Source of the DNA: Candidatus Sulfotelmatobacter sp.
GTDB lineage: Bacteria; Acidobacteriota; Terriglobia; Terriglobales; Acidobacteriaceae
Assembly: GCA_049583505.1 (NCBI GenBank)
Contig: JBAUVZ010000217.1
Location: 362-64,361, forward strand
Length of the DNA stretch: 64,000 bases
Reading direction: 5' to 3'
Each line of letters opens with the position of its first letter. Position 1 is the stretch's first letter. A program made the position numbers and the translations under genes. The notes beneath the pieces were generated by a model. That model was not told the origin of the DNA. It made no database searches and saw only the letters and a program-made list of their open reading frames with translations. Positions 18,847 to 27,196 of the stretch are shown one piece after another.

Positions 18847-21072
18847 ATGCGGCGCGCGAGACACCCTGGAATCGAAAGGAGTCAGTTCTTGGCATTGGGA
18901 GTGAAGCGATTTGTTATTACCAGCCTGCTGGGTTTTTCCAGCCTGGGTTGCGCCCAGGATACGCATTTTGAACCCGACCATCAGCAGATTCCAGCACCGG
19001 ATTGCCTGTCGATGAGAGGCGCATGGGAAGGTGGATCGAAACCTTGCACCCCAGAAGACCATGAAGCGTGGCTTGCCGACATCCGGCATTGGCGCAGCGA
19101 GCACTTGATTCGCGTCGGCTACGATGGATCGCGCTACGACCTGCCCCAGCTTAAATGGACGCAATCCAGTTTTTTTCAGCCGCAAATGATGGTGCAAGAC
19201 CGCTACTTCTATGACCCGGTCGCGCGCCGCTACACCGTCGACCGTTATCTCAATGATCTGGAAAGACGCTACGGAGGCATCGACGCGGTGTTGATCTGGC
19301 CGACCTATCCGAACATGGGCGTCGACGACCGGAATCAGCACGACCTGATTCGGAGCATGCCGGGAGGGATAGCGGGAGTGCGGCAGATGATCGCAGACTT
19401 TCATAAGCGCGGTGTGCGCGTGCTGTTTCCCATGATGATGTGGGACCAGGGCACCCACGACCCCGGCAGACCCTGGCCGCAGGCGGTTGCTGAGCTGATG
19501 GCGGAAGTCGGAGCCGACGGCATCAATGGCGATACGCAGGATGGCGTTCCGCTTGCCTTTTCAACGGCCGCCGATAAAACCGGGCATCCGCTCGCCTTTG
19601 AGCCGGAGGATGGGCCCTCCGATGAGGCTCTCGCCTGGAACGTCATGACCTGGGGACAGTACAACTTCCCGTTTGTGCCTCTGGTTGACAAGTACAAGTG
19701 GCTGGAACCGCGCCACATGGTGAATATCTCGGATCGCTGGAATCGCGACAAAACCAACGATCTGCAATTTGCCTTCTTCAATGGTGCCGGGTGGGAAAGC
19801 TGGGAAAACATTTGGGGTATCTGGAACGGGATCACGCCACGCGACTCCGAAGCAGCGCGCCAGGTCGCCACCATCGAACGTGCCATTGCCCCATTCCTGA
19901 TCAGCCCGGAATGGGAGCCGCTCGCGCCGACGCTACGCTTCGGAGTTTTTGCCAGCCGCTGGCCCCGGAATGACCAGACGGTCTGGACGATCGTAAATCG
20001 CAACGACTACGACGTGGAAGGTCGCGAGATCGAACTTCCACCAGAAGAAGGAATGCGGTACTTCGATCTTTATCACGGCGCTGAACTGAAGTCCGAAAGC
20101 AATCCGGAGGGCAAGGTGGTGCTCAGCTTCGATATCGAAGCGCACGGCTACGGAGCGTTGCTGGCTACGAAAGCGGCGCCCGATCCTGGCATCCTGGCGC
20201 TCATCGCGAAAATGAAAGAAATGACGGCCAAACCATTGGCCAGTTATTCGCACGAGTGGACCGTATTACAGCAGCAGATCGTACCAATAACTGCGACTAA
20301 GCCACCCTCAGCAGGTTCCACGGCACCCCCGGCCGGTATGGTAAAGATTCCGGCCGGAAACTTTGTCTTCAAAGTGCAGGGAATCGAGATCGAGGGATCC
20401 GATGACATCGGCGTGGACGTGCAATATCCCTGGGAGGATTCTCCACGGCGCTTCCACGAACATCCCATGCAGATGAAGCCATTCTGGATCGACACCTATC
20501 CCGTCACTAACGCGCAATTCAAAAAGTTTTTGGATAGTACGCACTATCATCCGCAGGATGACTTGAACTTTCTCCGTGATTGGAAAGGCGAAAGCTTTCC
20601 CGCGGGCTGGGACAACAAACCAGTTACCTGGATTTCTTTAGAAGATGCGCGTGCTTATGCGGCATGGGCGGGCAAGCGTCTGCCACATGAGTGGGAGTGG
20701 CAGTACGCGGCCCAAAGCGGGGATGGCCGCACATATCCCTGGGGAAATGACTGGAATGCAGGCGCGGTTCCTTTGCCAGACAAAAGCCGCAGCATGCGTG
20801 GGCCGGATGCACTGGATGCGCACCCGCTAGGCAAGAGTCCTTTCGGTGTGATGGACCTCGTCGGCAATGTGTGGCAGTGGACAGAAGAGTTCACGGACGA
20901 CCACACGCGCGCCGCGATTCTGCGCGGCGGCGAGTACTATCAGCCGCAAGGTTCGATATGGTATTTCCCTGTGACCTACAAGCTCAACGAACATGGCAAA
21001 CTCCTGCTGACGGCGCCGAGCCTGGATCGTTCTGGCGGAGTTGGCTTCCGTTGTGTCCTGGATGTGGAGTAG
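18847..21072 (+). CDS. Fusion protein: N-terminal TIM-barrel-like glycosidase-like region plus C-terminal FGE-sulfatase (SUMF1/EgtB/PvdO) domain
   Basis: The C-terminal 270 aa carry FWIDTYPVTNAQFKKF, WAGKRLPHEWEWQYAA, YPWGN, GNVWQWT and GFRCV, typical of FGE-sulfatase domains. I moved the start to ATG 18847 to remove the 105-nt overlap with the preceding gene. Confidence 0.7.
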   Translation: MRRARHPGIERSQFLALGVKRFVITSLLGFSSLGCAQDTHFEPDHQQIPAPDCLSMRGAWEGGSKPCTPEDHEAWLADIRHWRSEHLIRVGYDGSRYDLPQLKWTQSSFFQPQMMVQDRYFYDPVARRYTVDRYLNDLERRYGGIDAVLIWPTYPNMGVDDRNQHDLIRSMPGGIAGVRQMIADFHKRGVRVLFPMMMWDQGTHDPGRPWPQAVAELMAEVGADGINGDTQDGVPLAFSTAADKTGHPLAFEPEDGPSDEALAWNVMTWGQYNFPFVPLVDKYKWLEPRHMVNISDRWNRDKTNDLQFAFFNGAGWESWENIWGIWNGITPRDSEAARQVATIERAIAPFLISPEWEPLAPTLRFGVFASRWPRNDQTVWTIVNRNDYDVEGREIELPPEEGMRYFDLYHGAELKSESNPEGKVVLSFDIEAHGYGALLATKAAPDPGILALIAKMKEMTAKPLASYSHEWTVLQQQIVPITATKPPSAGSTAPPAGMVKIPAGNFVFKVQGIEIEGSDDIGVDVQYPWEDSPRRFHEHPMQMKPFWIDTYPVTNAQFKKFLDSTHYHPQDDLNFLRDWKGESFPAGWDNKPVTWISLEDARAYAAWAGKRLPHEWEWQYAAQSGDGRTYPWGNDWNAGAVPLPDKSRSMRGPDALDAHPLGKSPFGVMDLVGNVWQWTEEFTDDHTRAAILRGGEYYQPQGSIWYFPVTYKLNEHGKLLLTAPSLDRSGGVGFRCVLDVE

Positions 21073-21090
21073 CTCCAGCGAGGATTCCAT

Positions 21091-23505
21091 ATGCAATGGT
21101 TTAGCGGCAAGAAAGCCTCTTGCACGCGGTTGTTTGTCAGTTGTTTTTTTCTCTTGATCCCTGCCTGGTTAGCGGCGGGAGCCCAGGCCAACCCGAGCAC
21201 GCCCAAGTTTGACGGTATTCGCGTTGACGCCCTCGATGCCGATGCATGGAACGGCGTGGTTTTCGCAGCACGGGCGTTCCGGCAGCCCTCCGATTTTGCC
21301 TTCCGGTTCGGGTCGTTCAGCCAAGCTTTCATCGATGGACCGGCAATCTTCGATGCGGTTCGAGAAGTCGGGCCCCACGCCCCGGATGCGTCGTACTGCC
21401 GCATGTCGTGGGCAGTTCCCCCGCGCAATGCACTGATCACGCTCGAATGGTCGCGGATTGACGAGACTACTGTCGTAGGAACGATCACTGCTGACTCTGA
21501 TTTCCAAATTCTTCTGGAAACCTATATTCCCCTGGCAGCGAGTTCCTGGGGTTTGCCCGGCGTGTACGCGGTAGAAGAGAGCAAGCAGGCGATTGTAGGC
21601 GAACGCTACTTTGACGGCGTCTTTGGAACGTCCAGCCAATTTGTGGTGATGATCGATCGGCCGACGATGGGAAGCGGCACGTACCCTTCCCTCGATCAAC
21701 TGCGGGACACACTGAAAAATGCTGGAGTTCTGGTCAACTCACTCGACAGCGACCCGTCGAGGAATGCAGCAGGACTCCAGTTCGTGACGGGGCAGTCGCG
21801 CACGGCGCACTTTGTGGCCACGCTGGGATGGAACAGACAGGAACTTCTTGCGCGAGCCCAGGCATTGCTTGCGCCCGGGAAGATCGATGCCATGCTCAAG
21901 AAAAGCTCCGAAGCCTACGCAGGTCGGCGGCCCGCAGCGGACGGCCTGTTTGCGGGTGCCCCGGATGCGATCGGCAATAACATGTTCTGGAACACGCTGT
22001 ACGGTCCGCAGCCCGATCTGGTGTTTCCCAGTATCAGCCGGAAAGCCGCTCACAGCGCGGGATGGGTGCTGGGAGAGTGGGACGGCTTCTTCGGATCATT
22101 GCTGAGCAGCTTGGAGGACAAGGATCAATCCCTGGCCACGATTCGAGCGCTTCTGCTGGCTCAAACGGAGAGCGGATTGATTCCCAATGGCGTTACCGGA
22201 GGTGGTGACACGCCGGATCGTTCTCAGCCTCCGGTAGGAGCGTATTGCGTTTGGAAAGTATTGCAGCGCTATCCCGACGACGAAATGCTGAGGTGGGCTT
22301 ATCCCCGGCTCAAGAAGTGGCACGAGTGGTGGTTCAAAGACCGCGGTGACGGACAGCCGCGGCGCGATGGCAACCGGGATGGACTGCTCGAGTGGGGCAG
22401 CGACCGAGGATCGGGCGGGTCGGGCGGCGGGCGCGGTTTCCTGATGCAGGCTCGCTGGGAATCGGGGATGGATGACAATCCGATGTGGGATGACGTCCAC
22501 TACGATCCGCATACCTACACCATGGACCTCGATGATGTAGGATTGAACTCACTGTATGCGCTCGACGCGGAAAGTCTGGCAGCGCTCGCCGCGCAACTCG
22601 GCAAAGAAGACGATCGGCGAACTTTCCTGGCCGATTACGAGAAGATGAAAAGGTTGGTGCGGGAGAGGCTGTGGAATGAGAGTGATGGAATCTATGAGAA
22701 CCGATTTTGGAACGGCGAGTTCTCGAAGCGGCTTTCTCCGACTAACTTCTATCCGATGCTTGCCGGCATCGCTACGCCGGAACAAGCGGAAAGGATGGTG
22801 CGCCAGCACCTGCTCAATCCTGCGGAGTTCTGGGGAAACTATGTGGTTCCAACCACTTCGCGCAGCGACCCGGTATTTGCTGACCAGTATTACTGGCGTG
22901 GCAGCATTTGGGGGCCGACCAACTACCTCCTCTACCACGCCATTGATCGTTACGGCTTCGACCAGACCGCACTGGAGTTCGCGCAGAAGAGTTATGCCCT
23001 CTTCATGGACGACTGGAAAACAAACCAGCACGACAACGAGCTCTACCACGCCTGGGGCGGCAGCGGCGGTGGCGATATCCACTACACCTGGGGCGCCTTG
23101 TTGTGTCTGATCGGGCTCGAGCAATTCATGGACGCGAATCCGTGGGACGGGTTGCGATTTGGGGCGCTGAATCCTCGCGCTGAAGGCCACTTGTATCGCG
23201 CCACATGGCAGAATCACACCTACGGCGTATCCGTCGGACCCAGCAAAACTGAGGTGGCGCGCGATGGAAAAGTGCGTTTGCAAGCGGACGCGGGAATTGT
23301 GGTGCGAAGCTACGAACAATCTCCGGCTCGTGTAACTATGAGGCTAAAGAGCGAGCGTGGCTTCCACATTACGATCAGCGAGTTCGATGCTGGGCCGGTA
23401 AAGGTGGTGATTGACGGCAAGAGTGTCCCTCAAGTCAAAGTGATAGAGGGAGCGGCTAGCTTCGCGGTTTCGGGCGGAGAGCACGTGGTGGAACTGACGC
23501 GTTGA
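21091..23505 (+). CDS. GH63/trehalase-like six-hairpin glycoside hydrolase, secreted
   Basis: GEWDGFF, PPVGAYCVWKV, ARWESGMDDNPMWDD and WRGSIWGPTNY motifs resemble GH63/GH37 (alpha/alpha)6 enzymes. Signal peptide present. Confidence 0.7.
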   Translation: MQWFSGKKASCTRLFVSCFFLLIPAWLAAGAQANPSTPKFDGIRVDALDADAWNGVVFAARAFRQPSDFAFRFGSFSQAFIDGPAIFDAVREVGPHAPDASYCRMSWAVPPRNALITLEWSRIDETTVVGTITADSDFQILLETYIPLAASSWGLPGVYAVEESKQAIVGERYFDGVFGTSSQFVVMIDRPTMGSGTYPSLDQLRDTLKNAGVLVNSLDSDPSRNAAGLQFVTGQSRTAHFVATLGWNRQELLARAQALLAPGKIDAMLKKSSEAYAGRRPAADGLFAGAPDAIGNNMFWNTLYGPQPDLVFPSISRKAAHSAGWVLGEWDGFFGSLLSSLEDKDQSLATIRALLLAQTESGLIPNGVTGGGDTPDRSQPPVGAYCVWKVLQRYPDDEMLRWAYPRLKKWHEWWFKDRGDGQPRRDGNRDGLLEWGSDRGSGGSGGGRGFLMQARWESGMDDNPMWDDVHYDPHTYTMDLDDVGLNSLYALDAESLAALAAQLGKEDDRRTFLADYEKMKRLVRERLWNESDGIYENRFWNGEFSKRLSPTNFYPMLAGIATPEQAERMVRQHLLNPAEFWGNYVVPTTSRSDPVFADQYYWRGSIWGPTNYLLYHAIDRYGFDQTALEFAQKSYALFMDDWKTNQHDNELYHAWGGSGGGDIHYTWGALLCLIGLEQFMDANPWDGLRFGALNPRAEGHLYRATWQNHTYGVSVGPSKTEVARDGKVRLQADAGIVVRSYEQSPARVTMRLKSERGFHITISEFDAGPVKVVIDGKSVPQVKVIEGAASFAVSGGEHVVELTR

Positions 23506-23667
23506 TCTTGTTCGGAAGTTATTAGCCACGGCACTCTCCTATCGAGTCAGGAGCGGCCCGAAGGGATTATGCCTTAGGAAAACGGTCAAAGAACGGTCAA
23601 GTCCTCACGTGGGTTAGAACGTGCTGGTTCTACGCGTGCTGGATCTGCGCGCCCTTAAGAAAAACTA

Positions 23668-23690
23668 GCGGAGAGAGTGGGATTCGATTT
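23668..23690 (-). other. tRNA-Ser-like 3'-end fragment (T-loop, T-stem 3' half, acceptor 3' half); no tRNA body
   Basis: Minus strand reads TCGAAT-CCCAC-TCTCTCC-G followed by CTA. This matches T-loop, T-stem, a GGAGAGA-pairing acceptor strand and discriminator G. The upstream sequence does not fold as a tRNA. Confidence 0.3.
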
Positions 23691-23856
23691 TTTGCTATTT
23701 ACCGCAAATCGTGGTGAAAACTAGATATAGCGATAATAGCCTGTGTTTATGCTGGCTTCAAGCACATTTTCAACTTTGGGTCCGTTGCCTTCGGCGACCT
23801 CGCATGACCTCCATTGACCATGAAGTATCACTGGTGTCACTCCTACATGGCGTAAC

Positions 23857-24726
23857 TCACTCTTCTGGCTGCTCCACAGTGCCGCTAAAATGGGTGATTG
23901 TTGTTTCAAAAGCGCGAGTGGTCAGGCGGCCGAGCGGCCATTTTCGCAACTCTTCTGAGAGCACCTCGATTCCCCATGCCCCGCGGTATCCGGCGTCTTG
24001 CATCGCCGCGATAAAGCCTCTAATGTCGAATTCTCCTTCGCCACATAGCCGGCGGTGGTTTACGGTGTCTTCGTGCAGGCTCCAGGGACACTCAAACGTG
24101 CCGTCGTTCAGTTCGACGCTGATGATGTACTGCACGGGAACGCGGCGCAATTCAGCGTAAGGAATTTCGAGCTTCACGATATGCCAGGTATCGAAACAAA
24201 TGCCGCCATTGCTCGCGCCGGCGCCTTCCACGAGCTTGAGTGAATCCTCCAAAGTCCGGATCATGGCGAACGGCATCAACTCGAACCCCACTTTCGTTCC
24301 GCGCTCTGCAGCCTCCGCGCACAGTTCAGCGAAAGACTCGATCAGTCGCGGCATAGGCGCTGCTTCCTGATAGAAATCGCCGACCTTTACGTGATGTGCC
24401 TGCAAAGCTTCGGCAGCATCGAGCAGCAGCTTCTTACAAATATCCGATTTCCTCTTTCGTTCGCCATCAAGAAACCAGTCGGTGAGGAATTCAAGCTCGA
24501 CGTGCTTGATCCCGTTGTCGTCGAGAATCCGCTTCATCTCCTTGAGCGTGCGCGTCCTGAGCACATGCTCAAGGTCAGCGTGCCAGATTCCAAACCCGGT
24601 GAAACCCGCTCTAGCAGCCGATTCCACGCGGTCGCGGAAATCGAAAGGGCTGTATTCTCTGTCGGTGTGAGGAAGCCCACAGGAAATGGTCCAGTAGGAA
24701 GCGAGCAGATCAACCTTGCTCTTCAT
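23857..24726 (-). CDS. Sugar phosphate isomerase/epimerase (xylose isomerase-like TIM barrel), cytoplasmic
   Basis: Family pattern GFTGFGIWH...HVKVGDF...GFELMPF...CFDTWH. It is the last gene of a tightly spaced minus-strand operon. Confidence 0.8.
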   Translation of the reverse strand: MKSKVDLLASYWTISCGLPHTDREYSPFDFRDRVESAARAGFTGFGIWHADLEHVLRTRTLKEMKRILDDNGIKHVELEFLTDWFLDGERKRKSDICKKLLLDAAEALQAHHVKVGDFYQEAAPMPRLIESFAELCAEAAERGTKVGFELMPFAMIRTLEDSLKLVEGAGASNGGICFDTWHIVKLEIPYAELRRVPVQYIISVELNDGTFECPWSLHEDTVNHRRLCGEGEFDIRGFIAAMQDAGYRGAWGIEVLSEELRKWPLGRLTTRAFETTITHFSGTVEQPEE

Positions 24727-24735
24727 GGCACATTC

Positions 24736-25713
24736 TCACGCGGCCACGGCTTCGTGCGCCATAACAGATTTCACCGCCTCGACAATCTTGTCTTCATTGG
24801 GGACGACGTAGTTTTCCAGTGGTTCGCTGTAGGGAATAGGGGCGTCGAGAGCAGTCACCATTCTGAGTGCATGCAAGCACCCGACGGCATGTTCCGCGAT
24901 CTCGCCGGCGATCACCGCAGCCGCGGACGATTGCCGCGGCGCCTGGTCTACCAACACCACTCGGCCCGTCTTTTTCACGGAATTGACGATGGTCGTGACA
25001 TCGAGCGGTGCGAGCGTCCGTGGGTCGACGACCTCGGCGCTGATCCCTTCTTTGGCCAGCCGTTCCGCCGCGGCCAGCGCCTTCTTCACCATCCAGCCGA
25101 CGGCCACAATCGTTACGTCGGTGCCGGCGCGTTTGATATCAGCAACCCCGAGCGGCACAACGTATTCGCCATCGGGCACTTCGCCTTTATCCAAGGTGAG
25201 CATGTAGGGATGCAGATACACAACCGGGTTATCGTCGCGAATAGCTGCGGTCATCAGACCCTTTGCATCGGTCGGCGTCGAAGGCACCACAACTTTCAAA
25301 CCGGGGATGCCCATCATCGTGTGGTAAATGCAGTTGGAGTGCTGGCCGGCCCATCCCGCGCAAAAACCGTAGCCGGCTTTCAGCACCACCGGCACGCTCA
25401 CTTGACCGCCTGACATGTAGCGCAGCCGAGGAGCTTCGTTGATGACCTGGTCGAAAGCAACCAGCATGAATTCGCTCATCCACAGCTCGACGATGGGGCG
25501 CAATCCGGTCATGGCAGCGCCAATACCAATGCCAATCTCGGCCGTTTCCGAAATCGGCGCGAGGCGCACGCGCTCTTTGCCGAATTTCTTGAGCATGGGA
25601 TCGCGCTCAGTCATGGCCATATTCTGGCCGTAGAAGACAACGTTGGGATCGCGCTGCATCTCTTCGATAATGGCTGCGGCGATCGCATCGCCGTACATCA
25701 TTTCTCTCGCCAT
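24736..25713 (-). CDS. 2-oxoacid dehydrogenase E1 component, beta subunit (transketolase-like)
   Basis: MTYGDAI-type N-terminus, PISE...IGIGIGAA, and a C-terminal transketolase domain DPRTLAPLD. GAGGAG lies directly upstream of the ATG. Confidence 0.9.
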   Translation of the reverse strand: MAREMMYGDAIAAAIIEEMQRDPNVVFYGQNMAMTERDPMLKKFGKERVRLAPISETAEIGIGIGAAMTGLRPIVELWMSEFMLVAFDQVINEAPRLRYMSGGQVSVPVVLKAGYGFCAGWAGQHSNCIYHTMMGIPGLKVVVPSTPTDAKGLMTAAIRDDNPVVYLHPYMLTLDKGEVPDGEYVVPLGVADIKRAGTDVTIVAVGWMVKKALAAAERLAKEGISAEVVDPRTLAPLDVTTIVNSVKKTGRVVLVDQAPRQSSAAAVIAGEIAEHAVGCLHALRMVTALDAPIPYSEPLENYVVPNEDKIVEAVKSVMAHEAVAA

Positions 25714-25722
25714 GCTCTCCTC

Positions 25723-26781
25723 CTACGCGTAAACGTATAGCAACGCCTCTTCGGGCGCGGGCAGCGGGCTTGCCAGAGCGAACTGCACGGCATCCTCCAC
25801 CTCAGCGCGGGCGGCGGCCTCAATTCGCTTAGCCGAGGATTCGGTTAGCACTCGATCTTTCAGCAGGCGTGCGCGAAAGCGTTTTATGGGATCCTTGGAT
25901 TTCCAGTGCTCGAGTTCTTTCCGATTGCCATAGACCGCGACGGCCTCGTGCTCGGGAAACTGCGTTGGCAGTGGGGGGACCGTGATTACATTGCCGTGGG
26001 CGCTGAGCCGATAGAACTTCGTTTCGACCAGACTGGGTCCCTGGCCGGCACGCGCACGATCGGCAGCTTTCGCGACAACTTTTCGCACTGCTACTGGGTC
26101 CGTGCCATCAACGGTGGCGCCAGGGATGCTGAAGGCCTCTGCTTTCTTCGACAACGGATCGCCGGCCATGGCATTGGCATCCTCCAGGCTGAAGTGTGTG
26201 TACGCCTGATATTGATTGTTTTCGAGAACGTAGACGATTGGTAGTTTCCACACCGCAGCCATGTTGAGTGACTCGAAAAACGCGCCTTGTTTCGAAGCAC
26301 CGTCACCAAAGAAGCAGTAGACGATCTGGCCGCTCTTCTTTACCTGCGCCGTCAGAGCAGCGCCCGTGGCGTGGGCGATGCTCTGGCCAATAATTCCGGA
26401 AGTGCCGGGAAAATACCGAGCCGGGTCGGCCAGGTGCATGGAGCCGCCGAAACCGTGGCACAAACCGTCCTTGCGGCCAAAGATTTCCGCCATCATGTTG
26501 CGAAGGGGGGTTCCCAGAACGATCGGGTATCCGTGACAGCGGTAACTGGGCATCACGAAATCTGTACCGCGGCGCGTAGAGAGCGCCCCGACGATGCTGG
26601 CTTCAGCGCCATCGCCCAGGTGAGAATGTCCCCGGATTACACCGGGATGTTCGATAAAAGTGCGCTTGACGGATTCTTCGAACTCGCGAATGCGAACCAT
26701 CTGAGTGTACATCCATCGCAGTTGGTCGCTGCCGGCTTTCCCTTTTCGCGGTGCTGATTTGTTTGCGGTCTTTTGGGGCAT
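25723..26781 (-). CDS. 2-oxoacid dehydrogenase E1 component, alpha subunit (TPP-dependent)
   Basis: YRCHGY and the TPP motif GDGASKQGAFFESLNMAAVWKLPIVYVLENNQY. Start set at ATG 26781, preceded by AGGAGG. Confidence 0.9.
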   Translation of the reverse strand: MPQKTANKSAPRKGKAGSDQLRWMYTQMVRIREFEESVKRTFIEHPGVIRGHSHLGDGAEASIVGALSTRRGTDFVMPSYRCHGYPIVLGTPLRNMMAEIFGRKDGLCHGFGGSMHLADPARYFPGTSGIIGQSIAHATGAALTAQVKKSGQIVYCFFGDGASKQGAFFESLNMAAVWKLPIVYVLENNQYQAYTHFSLEDANAMAGDPLSKKAEAFSIPGATVDGTDPVAVRKVVAKAADRARAGQGPSLVETKFYRLSAHGNVITVPPLPTQFPEHEAVAVYGNRKELEHWKSKDPIKRFRARLLKDRVLTESSAKRIEAAARAEVEDAVQFALASPLPAPEEALLYVYA

Positions 26782-26791
26782 ATGGCGCCTC

Positions 26792-27058
26792 CTACCTCTT
26801 CGTTCTTGCAGTCTTTGCAGCCGATTCTGCGATCTCGCAGAGCGGGTCTCCGACCGGGACCTCCACGGTTTCGTGCGCCAGGAGCCTCGTAAGTATGCCA
26901 CTAAAAGGCGATTCGAGCTCGTAGCTGACCTTTTCGGTTTCCAACTCGACCAGCGGATCGCCGGCCTTGACGCGATCCCCTTCGTGCTTCAGCCAGCGCA
27001 CCACCACGGCTTTCGTGCTAGTGACGCCGCCGGATTTGGGTACGATCACGGTTGTCAA
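26792..27058 (-). CDS. Free-standing lipoyl (biotin/lipoyl attachment) domain protein
   Basis: GDRVKAGDPLVELETEKVSYELESPFSG is a lipoyl-lysine context (ETEK). There is no E2 catalytic domain. I propose the TTG start at 27058, preceded by GAGGA; the ORF track extends to 27169. Confidence 0.7.
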   Translation of the reverse strand: MTTVIVPKSGGVTSTKAVVVRWLKHEGDRVKAGDPLVELETEKVSYELESPFSGILTRLLAHETVEVPVGDPLCEIAESAAKTARTKR

Positions 27059-27142
27059 GAATGCATCCTCAGATAAGATGCTTACGTTTCCGGAGTTCGC
27101 TTTCCCCCAGGGGCTAAAGCCCGCATTTTTGCCAGTCCGAAC

Positions 27143-27162
27143 GGCTCGGCTAAGGCCGAGCC
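27143..27162. terminator. Perfect 8-bp GC-rich hairpin between the ligase and the lipoyl-protein gene
   Basis: GGCTCGGC-TAAG-GCCGAGCC, about 35 nt downstream of the ligase stop. No U-tract, so it could be an intra-operon processing or attenuation element. Confidence 0.3.
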
Positions 27163-27196
27163 CTTGCAAAACTGATTCATGAGATAGCTATAACTT

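Noticed and set aside
26782-26901. Longer start for E1 alpha (MAYLRGSWRTKPWRSRSETRS...)
   Set aside because: The extension is highly basic and overlaps the lipoyl-protein gene. ATG 26781 has a perfect AGGAGG upstream and gives a normal E1 alpha N-terminus.
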